A stretch of 64,000 bases of DNA from Octopus vulgaris (lineage: Eukaryota), in contig OX597814.1 in NCBI GenBank assembly GCA_951406725.2, positions 156,116,001-156,180,000 of the forward strand, in the 5' to 3' direction. The position numbers and the translations under genes were made by a program. Below the pieces are notes generated by a model. It was given only the letters and a program-made list of their open reading frames with translations. It was not told where the DNA came from and made no database searches. Below are positions 41,251 to 54,634 of this stretch, in pieces. The first letter of the stretch is position 1. Each line of letters starts with the position of its first letter.

Positions 41251-42464
41251 AATAGTAAAACAGAATTCTTCTTCTTCTTCTTCTTCTTCTTCTTCTTCTT
41301 CTTCTTCTTCTTCTTCTTCTTCTTCTTCTTCTTCGCAACAGTTTAATGCGTGCTTCTGCTGCACCACCAGGTGTATCTCATTGGTCCTGAGGTGTGTATA
41401 ACAATTTCGTTTGATTTAATTGACGGTACCCGCCTCTTACCTTCGGCGGCCTTGAGAGGCTAAAAACAATTATGCCAGACACAATAGTTGCTGTTATTGG
41501 TGTCATTATTGTCTAGCACCAACGCAACTATAGTAGAGCAAACATCAAAGGGCTTATAGATTGTAGCCGTCATTTTTTTTAATTCTTTCATTTTTTTTAT
41601 TTATTTATTTATTTATTTATTTATTTGAAAATATCCAGATTTACATCATCCAGTGTCTCCTTTTTTTCCGGTTTTTAAGACATAGAGTTTGAAGTGAGGA
41701 ATATGCGGCTGTTATTTCTGGCAGGTCGTGTTACTATGCAGATTTTCCTGAAGATGCAATGTTATTATTATAATCATTATTGTGATGTTCATTCCCAAAC
41801 GGGGTCAACTGACTGTGCGTTTCAACAGTCCATGATTGATAAAATGATGACCAGACAAGGCGCAATGATTTCCAGTTAAGCAACCTTTAAGTTGTGAATT
41901 GTTTTGAGATTTTTACCCCTATTATATACTATACAGCCCCCTGTAATAAGAAGGAGGGGTCTCCAGAGTGTTCAGCCCTCTGCTTGCTTTCAATACTAAT
42001 TGGTCATATTTTCACATCTCATTCGTCACTTATGCTTTTTCGTAAAACATGGGCCTCATACAACCACATTTGGCCTTGTGTATATGATGTCTAGTACTTT
42101 GAAAGGTATTCAAGGGTTATAGATTGGTAGCACCTTTATGACACCTGGTAAAGTGACCAACGGTATTTGTGGTTTCTCATTATCGGTCTATTCTAAGTTT
42201 GAATTCTGTCTCATTTAATTTTTCTTCTCACAAGCAAAAGACCCCAGCATTGGCCGGGTGCACTGACATATCGACCCGGGTCGACATGATAGTGCAGCCG
42301 TCGAGTATGTGGGTCGATTGTATCGAATATTCCCTTTCCCCACAAAATTTCTTGTCTTATTCCTAAATCAGAAACCATTATTTTAACCGATCAATCCCTT
42401 CTCCGCAAATTTAGGGCATTGTTTCATTGTTAGAAACAAATTAGCATAATTATAAAGGTTGCTA

Positions 42465-42660
42465 GAGCGGCGAGCTGGTACAATCATTAGGACGCCGGAT
42501 AAAATGTTCAGCGGTATTTCCCCCCTCTTTAGTTCAAATGCCGCCGCGGTCGACTTTGCTCTTCATCCTCTCAGGGTCGATGAAATCAGTACTAGTGGTA
42601 TATGGGGTTCGATGTAATCGATTAACGACTCCCAATAAAATTTCGTGCCTTGTGCGCATA
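42465..42660 (+). mobile_element. Meta-like SINE
   Basis: gcggcgagctgg..gtcgactttgctcttcatcctctcagggtcgat. Confidence 0.8.
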
Positions 42661-43301
42661 GTATTAAGAAGATTGTTCGATTGCAAACAAGTTGGAGTTA
42701 CAGCTAAATATGGCTCTTAGCGTCCTGAGTTCAAATCACAACAAAATCGATTTTCACATCCCTCCTGAGTCGATAAAATAAAATAAAATACTAGTCATAG
42801 ACTGATGTCAGCCTAATATACTGCACACTTTCTGTGAGAAAAAAAAGTTATATTGATCCTAGGTCTAAAATCCTTATTGATAGTACTAAGCAGATGTGCA
42901 TACATGTTTATGAGCACTACATGAACAACGTGCATTCAAATCTATCCGGGAATCTCGCATACTTTATCAGTTTCCTCTGCACCGATAAAATGCGTATCAG
43001 TAATACCCAGCGATTGATTAGTAACACCAAAATTCACTTCTTTATTATGCTTTCTGCTTATTGATAGTCACGTTACAGAATGTTATAGTTACTAAATTTA
43101 TGTACGTATGCATGTACGTATATGTGTATGTATGAATGTTTGTATATATGTATGTATGTATGCATGTAACATACAAGTATTTATGCATGAATGTACGTAT
43201 GTATATTTGTATGTATGTATGCATGCAGCATATATGTTTGTATTTATGTAAATATGTATCTCTCTACCTCACTCTCTAATCTATCTACGTGTCTATCCCT
43301 T

Positions 43302-43368
<67 letters not shown>

Positions 43369-44037
43369 CATCTGTAGCAACCGGCTGTCCTCTTTCTAAG
43401 GGTTGTTTCGCCAAGACACACCAGCTCCCTCTCTGTTGCGCTGCATGCGTACGATAGGACCGGCGCAAATGATTACATACACAACATTCATACACAACAC
43501 ACGTACGCATGCATAATATATCCATTTAGCTCCCACTGGCTGTTGAGGATTACAAGTTATGAAGCACAATGCTTTCGCTGATTGTTTTAGATGCCCGTAT
43601 CGTCACGTGTAAAGAGAGACACTCTTTGTGACATACCACGCGTGACCCTGATGAAAATCTTGGATGCGACAACTGGAGAAAATAGGGCATCGCTTCTATT
43701 GGGCATTAATATATTTAGAGTATGCTATATGTGCATATATATTAATGTTTCGTTGACAGTGACTTCGAAGTTATGTGCAGTATGTCGTTTATTCACGCAG
43801 CTTTAAAAAAAGCCTCTTATTCGGCAAAACTTAGCTGTCAATCTAATTATGTATTGAGCTCAATATTTGCATAATAGACTTGTACTCAGCATGTACTCGT
43901 TAGATTTATTTATATAAGAAGGATTAAACACAGACACACATCTGTATATATGTGTCTAAGTATGCATGTATGTATGTATGTATGCATGTATGTATGTATG
44001 TATGTATGCATGCATGTGTGTATGTATGTATATATTT

Positions 44038-44165
44038 AGGAGCAGGCGTAGGTGTGTCGTAAGAAGCTTGCTTCCCAACCACGTGTCCTCGGGTTCGGTC
44101 CCACTGTGTCTTCCACTATAGTTCCGGCCCAACCAAAACCTCGTCAATGGATTTGCCAGACGGAA
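44038..44165 (+). mobile_element. CORE-type SINE 5' fragment
   Basis: aggagcaggcgtaggtgtgtcgtaagaagcttgcttcccaacc..gggttcggtccc. Confidence 0.75.
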
Positions 44166-44694
44166 GAATGCTTTTGAGAGTGACTTCAAAGTTTCAGCTA
44201 GTAAAGTCAACCCTTGATTTCAGTCCAAGGATGGCTTACATTCTTATATAAGAATAATAAATTTGGACTCCACAAAAGATTAAATTATAAAGTAACCTAT
44301 CAGATTCATGTAAAATTGTTTTATAACTAAACGTATAAACAAATATAAATACAAACACACACACACAAACACATACAAACAAACAAACATACGCGTCTTT
44401 TAATAAGATTATGTGTGTGGCAGAATATAGGAACCAATTCCAACCCCTCTCATCTTCAAATCCCTCCAGCAGAGAGTCGGTGGTCAAAATGCTTTGCGCT
44501 GTTGGATTTTATTTCTTTAACTTTCTGTTTAAGCTTTAACGGGACTCAACCAGATATCGACCCGCTGTGAGAATGGATGCGATACTAACTAGAAGAAGTA
44601 ACAGTAATATACTGTTTCAAAATTCATCAAGGGTTTACATTAAATGTGTAAAACTGGACCTATGCTAGCAATAATTGTACTTAACTTTGATTTT

Positions 44695-44877
44695 AAATTT
44701 TGGCGCAAGATCAACAATTTCGGAGAAAAGGCGTTCGATTACATCGACCCCAATACTCAACTGGCTCTAATTTTATCGATCCCGAAAGGATAATGGCAAA
44801 GCTGACTTCGACGAAATTTGAACACAGAAGGTGAAGGCTACCTGGCATTCTAACGATTCTGCCAGCTCACCACCTTA
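44695..44877 (-). mobile_element. Meta-like SINE (degenerate)
   Basis: Reverse-complement similarity to 45089-45260. Confidence 0.75.
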
Positions 44878-45088
44878 ATTGTATCAACTATCAATTAATA
44901 ATTATAAAAATAAAGACAGGTGTGTATTGTTGATTCCCGTGTTCTCTATAGACTTCTATATACGCGTTGTATTTAGTGTTATTATTATGTGTTTTAAGTT
45001 CAAATCTAACGGGACGTTCGGCGACGTTTACTGACCTCAAGATTCACTAAATCAATACCTGTTATGTACCCATGCCGTTATCGTTGTT

Positions 45089-45325
45089 AAGGCGGCGAGT
45101 TGGCAGAATCGTTAGCACGCCGGACGAAATACGTAGCCGTATTTCGTATGCCGTTACGTTCTGAGTTCAAATTCCGCGGAGGTCGACTTTGCCTTTCATC
45201 CTTTCGGGGTCGATAAATTAAGTACCAGTTACGTACTGGAATCGATGTAATCGACTTAATCCGTTTATCTGCCCTTGTTTGTTTCCTCTGTGTTTAGCCC
45301 CTTATGGGTAGTAAAGAAATAGGTA
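45089..45325 (+). mobile_element. Full-length tRNA-derived SINE with Meta-like domain
   Basis: aaggcggcgagttggcagaatcgttagc..gagttcaaattcc (B box), then gtcgactttgcctttcatcctttcggggtcgataaattaagtaccag (Meta/Sauria-type domain), then tail gggtagtaaagaaataggtatt. Confidence 0.9.
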
Positions 45326-45633
45326 TTATCAATGTCATTATCGTTGCTTTTACTGTTGTTGTTGTTCGTGGTGGTGGTGTCAACATTATTGCTACTGTTA
45401 TTGCTACTTTAAGCTACTTAGAAAGCGTATGGCAACTTGAAAATTCACCCACCACACGCGATAGACTGACGGTTGTACGGACGCGAAAGCTACATTGTTA
45501 TCCTCATTCCGTAAACGGTGGCTTTTAACGGGTGGTGAGCTGAACCATCCTGGGGTACATAGGATTCGCAATCTAGACTAAGGTCTGAAAGTTAACCACA
45601 CCATAGTGGGTTACATCATGGTTCCTCTGCTTT

Positions 45634-45830
45634 GTGGCAGAAGTAGGAAGAAAGAGTGAGAGAAAGTTGTGTGAAGGAGTACAACGGTGTTAACCCCCAC
45701 CCCCGTCGGAGCCTCGTGGAGCTTAGGTGTTTTTGCTCAATAAACACTCACAATGCCCTGTCTGAGAATCGAAACCGCGTTCTTACGACCGCGAGTCCGC
45801 TGCCCTAACCACTGGGCCATTGTTCATCCA
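45634..45830 (-). mobile_element. tRNA-derived SINE (OR2-like head)
   Basis: Minus strand: tggcccagtggttagggcagcggactcgcggtcg..ggtttcgattctc. Head related to 50612-50853. Confidence 0.75.
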
Positions 45831-46139
45831 CATTGTTGTTGTTGACGTTGTTACTGCCACTTTTGCTGTTGTTCTTATTTTTACTCAGGCCTAGATCAAA
45901 AACGTACCACCTGTGATACCAACCTCTCATGCTGAGAGATACGCAGGACTATATTATGTACCGCACTCTGTTCTCCCTTAAGATAACAGTGTGTGTAATT
46001 TACAGAAAATATGTTTGCTATTTCTAGCAATTCTTTCGACCAGTTAAAAGCGCCTTAATCGGCCTATATTTAGACGTTTCCCGTCTCTCTTACAGACGCT
46101 CACCAATTCCATTTTCTTTGAAGCATATCTAACTCTCTT

Positions 46140-46549
46140 TCTCTCTTTTACTCTCTTTTACTTGTTTCAGTCATTTGACTGCGGTCATGCTGGAGCACCG
46201 CCTCTAGTCGAGCAAATCGACCCCGGGACTTACTCCTTGTAAGCCCAGTACTTACTCCATCGGTCTTTTTTGCCGAACCGCTAAGTGACGGGGACGTAAA
46301 CACACCAGCATCGGTTGTCAAGCAATGCTAGGGGGACAAACACAGACACACAAGGACACACACATACAAATATATATACATATATACGACAGGCTTCTTT
46401 CAGTTTCCGTCTACCAAATCCACTCACAAGGCATTGGTCGGCCCAGGGCTATAGCAGAAGACACTTGCCCAAGGTGCCACGCAGTGGGACTGAACCCGGA
46501 ACCATGTGGTTGGTTAGCAAGCTACTTACCACACAGCCACTCCTGCGTC
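46140..46549 (-). mobile_element. Full-length CORE-type SINE (OR1-like)
   Basis: tRNA-like head, CORE motif gcaccttgggcaagtg, internal (TA/TG) tract, tail gactgaaacaagtaaaagag repeats. Confidence 0.9.
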
Positions 46550-47168
46550 TAACATATACAACCTATTATTACTTGTAACATTTCCACACACCTCCACTTT
46601 CGGCCTGATCTATATTCCCAGCACTAACCTTTACAGATATCATTAGCACAACCACATAACTAATACATCACAGACCTGCACCCCACCACACACCCCCACC
46701 TCAGCTTTCATTATTTCTTCCAGTGCTGCTTCTGTTAAGAAACTTGTCATCGTCATTGGACTAACAAGTATGCCTCAACACTTCTACACGACGTGCTAGA
46801 AATAACAGTCAAGGCCACTAGAAATTTTATTCCTCAACGTCTTTAAAGCCAAGAAACATTAGACAATGTAAACGTAAGCGTGATACAGCTGAAATAAACA
46901 CGGGATGGTAAAGCCTGTGAGGTCTTTCACTATTGGTCAGCTCGAGTAGGGCTTAAATATTAACGTTAACAGCAACACCGACTATAACAATATTACATTA
47001 TTCACCAGCCAATAAGAAAGCAACTTATTGTCGTAATGAGCAACAAGGGTACTTCTAGCGGTTGCACAACTTCCTAGAAATAGAAATCAAATTCCCCTCA
47101 ATGCCTTCTTAAAAAGTGGACGGACATATTGGATAATACAGTTCCAGATGATACGCAATGTGTTTTAT

Positions 47169-47220
<52 letters not shown>

Positions 47221-47225
<5 letters not shown>

Positions 47226-47432
47226 TAATCCAAACAAGGAAACACAGAAAAAAAGAGAAAAAAAAACACAGCAACGCGAGGACGTGGAACAATTAAAGTA
47301 TTATTGACGCTCAGGAAAGAAGGGAAGGAGGGTTTAACGTTTCGAGCGGAGCTCTTCGTCGGAAACAAGAAGAAGGAAAGATCCCAAGAAGGGAAGACAG
47401 AGGAAAAAATATTTTTGCTGGTGGTGCTCAAG
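47221..47432 (-). mobile_element. PLE-type terminal fragment with variant hammerhead (47332-47366)
   Basis: Minus strand: gttt-CCGACGA-A-GAGC tcc GCTC-GAAACGTT-aaac, with perfect stems I and II. Flanked by (TA)n on both sides. Confidence 0.7.
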
Positions 47433-47490
<58 letters not shown>

Positions 47491-47604
47491 GCACACTTGT
47501 CAAACACATACACTCGCACATGTGTAAGACGAGGCAGTCACGTAAGGAATGTCATTGATCATGGCTGTGCTTGATGAGAACTGAACATGGTGCAAATAAT
47601 AATG

Positions 47605-48012
47605 CTTTCTACTATAGGCACAAAGCCTGCAGTTTGGGGGTAGGGGACTAGTTGATTACATCGATCCCAGTGCTCAACTGATACTTAATTTATCGACCCC
47701 GAAAGGATGAAAAGCAAAGTCGACCGCGAAAGCATTTGAACCCATAAGCTAACGACGGGCGACCACAGCCAAGTACCTCGTTCAGCGCGCTAAAAATTAT
47801 TTTCTACTATAGTCACGGGCCTGGATTTTGCGGGGAGGGGGATAGTCGATCACTTCGACTCCAGCACATAACTGGTACTTGATTTATCGGCCTCGGAAGA
47901 ATGAAAGGCAAAGTCGACCTCGCTGGAATCTGAACTCTGAAGGCAACGACGGGTGAACAACTGCCAAGCACCTCGTCCAACGCGCTAACAATTCTGCCAG
48001 CTCGCCGCCTTT
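47605..48012 (-). mobile_element. Two tandem Meta-like SINE units
   Basis: Two successive copies of ttttctactatag..atcga..aaagtcgacc, ending in gccagctcgccgcctt. Confidence 0.8.
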
Positions 48013-48379
48013 ATGGTGTAAACAATAATAATAGCAATTGTTCTGGACACAGTACCAAGTCTGGCTAGAAATAACAGCTGAATTTCGGTTCAGTTGCTCC
48101 CAAGAGAGATTCATAACACGATAATAGATTATAAATGTAAGGACACATTAGTTGGTAGTCCCAGATAAACCCTGAAACAGGTGAAGGCGGTCACGGCTGG
48201 AAGAGTCTTCGATTAAACATCTGTTCAGTTAGGGGGGGGGGTAAAAGAGGTATACGGCAACGAGGCAATATACAGCTGTCCCTGTCATCACCTGCGCACC
48301 TTAACGTCATTAAAACGCTCTGCCATTGCACGTGTGTTATAACTAACCACTAACACCATCACGTATCGTAATACACTTC

Positions 48380-50150
48380 AACAACACCTCTTGTAACATA
48401 AAAGAAGACTTTGAATATCAGCATCTCTACATCCACCTACACTACCGCCTGCACCACCATCGTCGTTGCTATTATTAACTGTACCAGCACCACCAGCACC
48501 AGAACTACAACCACCTACAACCACCGCCACTATCATTATCACTATCAATACCATTGCTTTTACTGCTGCTTTCACTTCTACAACAAGCATTATCACCATT
48601 ATCACCATTATCACTATTATCGCTACAATACCTACCATCGCTCTATAACCAATACTACAACATGCACCACCATTATTCGACACCACTATCACCGCCGCCA
48701 CCGCCACCAATACCAACACCACTAACATTACCACCATTACTACCATCCCTAGATCTCTACAATAAAAACTACCACCGCCACTGCTACTCTCATTGTCATT
48801 CTGAACACCATCAATACCACTACAACCGTCACCACCACTAACACCACTACTATCATTACCATCAGGAATATTACCATTTATTCTACCACCACCACAACAA
48901 CTACCAATACAACTACCACCACACCACAACCATCAATACTACCATCACGACCATCACCTTCATCCCCACCACCAATGACACTACTAGCACCTTCACCCTC
49001 ATTATCACTACCACCATCAATACTACCACTACCACCACAACCTTTAACGTCTCTGAAACCAACACTAGCGCCAATACCACTATTAACGCCACCACACCTC
49101 TACCATACTCACTGCATATACCACTATGTCTTTCACCGCAACCACTCAATCCACCACCGCTACTAGCTCCAACACTCTAATCCGGCATTGAAAATCCACT
49201 TCACCAATGCTTCAACCATCATCATCAACATCTATACACCAACTACCACCACCACCACCACCACTACCATCTCTGCCATTATCGTCTGCAATCATTCCAC
49301 ACCTTGTTCACCTGCCCTCTTCTACCGCCCCCTTCGTCTTCTGTTTCTTCCGTGCGGCCATCATCAAAAATACCACTTCGACTTCTGCTACCAATACTAT
49401 ACCATCACAATCATTAATTATTACCAATTATTACCACGGCAGTCGCCCGAACGTGCACAACCCTTTATGATGATGATGATGATAATGATGACGACATCGA
49501 CGATGATGATGATGATGCTGACGACGAAGACGATGATGATGATGATAATGATGATAATGATGGGTATCATTACCATTATCATCGTCGTAACCACCACCAC
49601 CATACGTACCATAATCATCATCATCATCATCATCATCATCATTATCATCATCCTCATCAGAGTCATCTTCGTTATTATCAATTTTCTTCGTCATAATTAA
49701 CCATTAACACATACTTTTTGATCATCATGTTTTATTTCCCTCATCACCATCACCACCATCACGAGCATCTTCAAGATCCTCCTCATCTTCATTATCATTA
49801 TTATCATCATCGCCGTCATCGTCGTCATCGTCTTCGTCGTCGTCGTCGTCATCATCATCGCTGGTTCCATAAATGTCATCAGCTGCTGCTACAAACGCAA
49901 TCACCGACAACAACAGCTGCACCGACGCTACCGTCATCGCCCCGACAGATTCCCAGCACCACCACCACCAACTTCCCCCCGCCAACCTAACACCAACATA
50001 AAATCCACTGTCGCTGTCGCTACCATCGCTATCATCACAAAGCTTACAATAACAACCACCTTCATTATCAACATACCACCACCAACACCTCTTCTACTAT
50101 CATTATCACTCTGCCACCGCCACCTCCAATATCACCTCTACTGCCATTCT
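48380..50150 (+). repeat. 1.8-kb degenerate trinucleotide low-complexity tract (ACC/CAT/ACT)
   Basis: Direct reading. Short overlapping ORFs in all frames with no consistent frame. Confidence 0.85.
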
Positions 50151-50611
50151 ATAAAGTTCAATACTTCGCACGATATCCTGTGCAGAAGTCGTGATTGTGT
50201 GTTGTTCGCCGTCAACGTAGTTGTTGTCAAACGTCTGTCATTGGGTGTCTATGAAGTGATGGCGGTGCGTAGTGGTGGTTGCAGTATGTGGGTGTTTTCG
50301 TTCCTGATGTTGTTATCTCTTAACGTCGGTTAACCCTCAGCAGACACGTTACCATATGTATATCGGTTAGGACTATAAAGATGTGTGTGTGTATGCAAGC
50401 GTGTGTGCTAGTGTGTGTATATGTGTGTGTGTGCCTGCGTGTATGCATGCATGTGTGCGTGCGTACGTGTGTGTGTGTGCATGCGAGTATCTGTGTGTAT
50501 ATATATATATATATATGTGTGTGTGTAAAAAGAGAGGGATACGTATGAACTTCAGCATCTTCATTTCATATATATATATATATCTATATATAAAACAATA
50601 ATAAATGCGCC

Positions 50612-50853
50612 CTTTTTAAAACCTAGCCAGGCTCATGGGCCCGGTTTCCCTGTTTCTATGGCGTATGTGTTCCCCAGCTGGACGGGACGCCAGTCCAACG
50701 CAGCGTTACTCATTTTTACCAGCTGAGTGAACTGGAGCAACGTGAAATGAAGTGTTTTGCTCAAGAACACAACGCGTCGCCTGGTCCAGGAATCGAAACC
50801 ACAATCTGACGATCATGATGCTGATACCCTAACCACTAAGCCACGCGCCTCCA
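50612..50853 (-). mobile_element. tRNA-derived SINE (OR2-like)
   Basis: Minus strand: tggaggcgcgtggcttagtggttagg..ggtttcgattcc, CORE-like gttcttgagcaaaacactt, then gactggcgtcccgtccag. Confidence 0.85.
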
Positions 50854-51529
50854 CATATCTGTATATAACTATATCTATATGTTGGATATATAATGGCGGT
50901 GCTCCAGCTTCGCCACAGTCATTCGACTGAAACATATAAAGGAATAAAAGAATAAAAGAATATGTATATCTATGTGTGCATGTGTGCATAGATGCACATA
51001 TATTATGCAATGTGTCAGTATTTTCTTTAAAACGTTAAAACGTGATGTGCGTAAGATTGTGTTACTATTTGTTTGCTGTACTTTGAGCTCCCTTTCTTGC
51101 TAGCTTCTCTTAATGTTGTTGCTGTTACAGTAATCTAGGTTAACTCTGAATACGTAGATTTAAATTCAAAGATATTTTAGACGTGACCATCCTGTATTAA
51201 AACAAGTTTGTGTAACTGTAGTAAATGATCCAATGTATTAGTTCTTTAACCCAACGGTAGTTGGATATAATTTGATAGAATTTTGGTTGCAATTTCTTAC
51301 TGGCTGAGAATCACATACAAGCTCAGTCATTGGGATATTTTCACATATATTGTGGTTTTGTAGGCCTTAGTCAACCCAATCCCGATATCCGATAGCACAT
51401 AGAAAATTATTACTGTGTAGTTTTGGATCAACTATGATTGTAATACTATGGTGAGTGAGCAGTTAAGAATATGACGCGGTGTGACCCATAGTTATAAAAT
51501 CTTTTCATCTATAATGAGGACCGTATGAA

Positions 51530-51750
51530 GCGATAAGAGAGCAAAATCGTCAGCATTCTGGACAAAATACTTAGCGGCATTTCGTCCGTATAGACTCTAT
51601 ACGTTCTGATCTCAAATTACGCGTGGTATATTTTGCCTTTCATAATTTCAGGATTGATGGAATAACAACCAGTCAAGTACTGGAGTCGATGTAATCGACT
51701 TACCCCTTCCCCTTAAAAACTGTTGGCCCCGTACCAAATTTTGAAACCAC
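51530..51750 (+). mobile_element. Meta-like SINE (degenerate)
   Basis: cttagcggcatttcgtcc..ttttgcctttcat..ctggagtcgatgtaatcgactt. Confidence 0.75.
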
Positions 51751-51779
51751 TATGAGGACCAAAGTAGCACGTTCCGACA

Positions 51780-53543
51780 AGGTGTGAAAAATTGCATGAC
51801 TATTTTGCATTCTCTGGACAAGCTTGGCATCTTACGTTTGTACATCATCGGAGTTGAGCAAGATGGACGCGTCGTTTCTTTGCACTTATTATAGATGATA
51901 TGTATCCTCATCGCAATGTTTGGGGACAATAATACTATCGCCGATGCAGTTATTTCTGTGTATATAAATGTCACTTATGTTTGCTCGGGTTGAATAATTG
52001 GAACAGGTGTTTTTAAGATGGTATACTAGCTTTCTACAGAGTTCTATATGAGTTCGGTTGTTTGGAAGGCATTTTCCCATGTAGATGAGACTGCGGTAAT
52101 GAGAGCTGTAGCTTGCCACAGCGCATGTTTCAATGAATAGTTAGCCTATGAGTATTTGTATGAAATTCTTTTCTACTCTAGAAAAAAGGCCCAAAATTGT
52201 TGGGTAGGGGACCAGTTGATTATATCGATCCCAAGATGCAACTGATACTTAATTTATCGACCCCGGCGGAATTTGAACTCAGAACGTAGCGGCAGACGAA
52301 ATACGGCTACGCATTTCGCCCGGCGTGCTAACGTTTCTGCCAGCTCGCCGCCTTTTTTGTATGACTTATGATATGAATTGCATTGTTACATATACGTGTT
52401 CTGTGCACTTTATTAGGATTTCTTTAGAAAGATTGTGACCATCGTTTACGCACGATGCTTGTTGGCCGATATTAGTACCGGTGGCTATCTTTGATCATTC
52501 GTTTTGATTTGTTTTCTTAACCATGTGTGCCGACTGCTTTGAGTAAACTTCCCTATAATCTTTTGATGTGGTTGCAAGCAGGTTAAAAAGATTGGGTGAC
52601 ATAGAGGGTCCCTATTGTATTCTTTTCAAAATGTTGCTGTTAGGTACTAAATAAAGCAAATTCTAAACAAGTAGCTTGCGAGTCAGCGTCTTGTATTTCT
52701 TAAGATTGTGCCAAGCATTTTTGCATGTTTACGGTAGTTGAAATAAGTGCGGGACATTTTACTTCTTTCTGTATTCTATCATGTATTTACAATGAGAAAT
52801 CTGTGAGCAACGCGATTGTCATGTGCAACAGAGTTGTGCTTTGGAGTAGCTTGGTATTTTCTAACTGTTCTAGAACTGGCTTGTTTGCTCGACATTAGAT
52901 CTGTTTTAATTCAGCTCAGATTCTAGATTATTACGTAACTTAAATGAGGATGTTATAGTGACAAGGAAGATTAATAGGCTTGAGTTGTTAGTTCGTCGAA
53001 TACTTTGTGTTATTTGTTCCGGCTCTAGACACACTGAGTTTGAATCCTACCGGGGTTAACATTTTCTATCAACGTTTAGTAGTCGATATATAAAATACCC
53101 ATGCAGGGCAATAACTTGCTGGAATTATTAAAGCGCCAGACAAGATATCTTGCTGCATCTGTTCTGGCTTTTAGCATTACGTTTGTAACATCATCGATGT
53201 CACTGCTGCCAAGTTATAACGTTGCCTCTGCCCTTCCTTTAGACAACATCGATGACGTGGAGCAGGGACCCTGGCATCCATGATCAACTGCTGGTCGTAT
53301 CCCCCAAAATTCTTGTCCAGGACTTCGCCATGGAGAATTTTCAAGGTGTATATCTCCGGCTTAACGAGATATTGGAGGATGCCGGATATTGAGACAAGGG
53401 GCATCGTATGATCGTTGTTATTCATGATGCTGACGACATTTATTACCCTATAAAGTTCTTTGTTGTTAGTTTAGTGGTTTTATTTTGAATACAAATGTTT
53501 GCTAGTTTTCTGTACCTTTTTGTGCATATATGTATATAAATAA

Positions 53544-53603
<60 letters not shown>

Positions 53604-54050
53604 TTGTAATTGTTCGGTTCAGAGTTTTATATCGTTTGTGTTTGGTTTTGAAGAATTGTGTTTAATTTTGGTTTTTAAGAGATTGTTTAGTTTAAAGAGG
53701 CTGGCTATTGTTTGTATTTAATAGGAGTCAAGTATTTTATGCTGTCTTTTGGGTTGTCTAATATAATGCTGTGTCTAGGTTCGTGATTGTGCTTGAAAAT
53801 AAAATTCTTTGATCCCGACTTGATGAAAATAGTTGTTTCTTGAAATTGTTATTTTTTTAACTTTGTACAAATATTTTCCTTTCTTCTTTGATGTGTAAGT
53901 GCTTTGTAATAATGATTTTTATATTGTGTAGAAGAGACTCGAGAAATCTTTGCCAATTGGCTGTTCTAGTAAAGTTTCTGTAACAAGCGATGATATCTAG
54001 CGAAGTGTTATAGTTGGCTTACTGAAACATGTGTGTTGGTGTGGTTGGTC
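51780..54050 (-). pseudogene. Very decayed Penelope-like element (RT and GIY-YIG traces), interrupted by SINEs
   Basis: Minus strand: PIGK/ISR..LLHNI..GIKEFY (53960-53790; resembles the PLE RT motif FDIKEFYPSI) and YSSHYRSL..IELCRKLVYHLKN..CDEDTYHL..DASILLNS (52120-51840; resembles 2100-2340). Confidence 0.5.
52170..52355 (-). mobile_element. Meta-like SINE with internal deletion
   Basis: cggcggaatttgaactcagaacgtagc..gccagctcgccgcctt. Confidence 0.85.
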
Positions 54051-54383
54051 TGAGTTGTAATGGAAGCTTAGTTATGGTGCTACTGTGTTACATCATATGT
54101 TAACAATACGATATAAGTGCCTATGGTTGTAGGGGTAGGGATGATGGGGAATTTCTTAAGCTCTTCTTTTGACCATCATTGTAATATTGTTATATATGAT
54201 TGTCTTAGTTGTTATGAAGGCTAACAACAACAGGGGTTACCCAAACAACAAACCAAGAGAGAGAGAGAAAACGAGAGAGAGTGAGTGAGAGCAAGCAAGA
54301 ACCCTAACCCTAACCCTCCGCCTGCTAGAAATGGCAGAAAACCTTCTTCCATATCGCATCTCACCATCTTACAAACGGGGAAG

Positions 54384-54634
54384 ACACTTTAGTATTCTGT
54401 TGTGTCTGGAGAGAGTCATTTTCTTTTTGTGTCTTATAATTTAACACACTCACCGGTAAAATTTCCATTTATTTCTTATTTTTATTTTTATTTTTATTCT
54501 TATTCGGTGAGTGTGTTAAATTATAAGACACAGAAAGAAAATGACTCTCCCCAGACTCAACAGAATATGCTTCAACACACGAAGTCACACAAAGAATCTT
54601 GCAAACCAAATCCCAAAACGAAACACTTTAGTAT
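54384..54634. mobile_element. Short insertion with 63-bp inverted arms and a 12-bp target-site duplication
   Basis: Arms 54393-54455 and 54505-54567 (3 mismatches). acactttagtat occurs at 54384 and 54623. Confidence 0.85.

Noticed and set aside
43640-43690. CTGATGA..GAAAATA possible hammerhead
   Set aside because: No convincing stem II or stem III.
48378-49990. Gly/Thr/His/Asp-rich ORFs resembling mucin or metal-binding proteins
   Set aside because: Short overlapping ORFs on both strands within degenerate triplet repeats; no sustained frame or splice evidence.
53177-53425. 82-aa ORF MNNNDHTMPLVS..
   Set aside because: No recognisable homology; lies within a decayed retroelement region.
54300-54318. 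(CCCTAA)3 telomere-like repeat
   Set aside because: Only about three units; insufficient for an interstitial telomere or telomere-targeting claim.
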